This document shows positions 63,862 through 64,000 of a DNA stretch of 64,000 bases, in pieces. The notes under the pieces are model-generated. The model was not told where the DNA came from. It did not search any database and was given only the letters and a program-made list of their open reading frames with translations. Position 1 is the first letter of the stretch; every line of letters starts with the position of its first letter. The stretch is taken from assembly GCA_905178155.1 (NCBI GenBank), contig CAJINV010000002.1, positions 10,890,634 to 10,954,633 of the forward strand, written 5' to 3'. The translations under genes and the position numbers were made by a program. The DNA is from Amoebophrya sp. A120. Its lineage: Eukaryota > Protista > Dinoflagellata.

Positions 63862-64000
63862 TATTACAATGAAAAATGCCCCCACCCCCGAACTTGGGAG
63901 CATTTGTATTCGCAAACCTTTCCAAATGAAACATTCGCCCTCTTGCATCTATCAGCATCACAGGTTTTCAATCGTGAATAGCAAAAATTTGTATTGCAAA
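63862..64000. mobile_element. Probable third member of the same introner family, truncated by the window end
   Basis: It starts TATTACAATGAAAAATGCCCCCACCCCCGAACTTGGG, compared with TATCCTGTGTAAAAACGTCCCCACCCCAGAGTT at 12523. It contains ATTTGTATTGC, similar to the family motif ATTTGTAATGC, and it interrupts the coiled-coil ORF. Confidence 0.5.

Noticed and set aside
50-63948. Numerous long minus-strand ORFs (e.g. 18405-19388, 11196-12137, 63097-63948)
   Set aside because: They are antisense shadows of GC-rich + strand exons and have no recognisable motifs.
1-64000. Stop-codon reassignment as the explanation for ORF breaks
   Set aside because: Nearly all breaks resolve as phase-consistent GT-AG introns, and TAA, TAG and TGA are all used as apparent terminal stops.
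1-64000. tRNA, rRNA, snRNA or transposase genes
   Set aside because: None was recognisable by eye; tRNAscan-SE and Infernal would be needed to exclude them.

Overview
This is eukaryotic, intron-containing DNA, not prokaryotic. About ten protein-coding genes all lie on the + strand, with mostly 130-420 nt GT-AG introns and very long low-complexity exons. The organisation, including inverted-repeat introner-like introns, is most consistent with an alveolate of the dinoflagellate/Syndiniales (Amoebophrya-like) type; this is inferred from architecture only. Genes reconstructed by hand-splicing are: a multi-TSP1 membrane adhesin (5'-truncated, with a 349-bp satellite inside one intron); a ~4,700-aa PAM2/FtsJ-like methyltransferase/RRM protein; an intronless P-loop kinase; a UFD1-UBX-UBA protein; a START-like protein; a Tctex-1 dynein light chain; a ZNF207/BuGZ homolog; a ~4,100-aa membrane/ubiquitin-like protein; an SR-type two-RRM splicing factor; and a 3'-truncated coiled-coil protein. 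The most notable findings are three. (1) The P-loop kinase matches, motif for motif as I recall them, phage 5-hydroxymethyluracil DNA kinases (5-HMUDK) of thymidine-hypermodification pathways, which suggests further modification of 5hmU in a eukaryotic genome. (2) A family of MITE-like introner elements (TIR TATCCTGTGYAAAA, 5-bp TSD) appears to have created introns with a net +3 nt gain. (3) One intron holds a perfect 129-bp palindrome. All gene models and homologies are by eye and need RNA-seq and profile-search confirmation.
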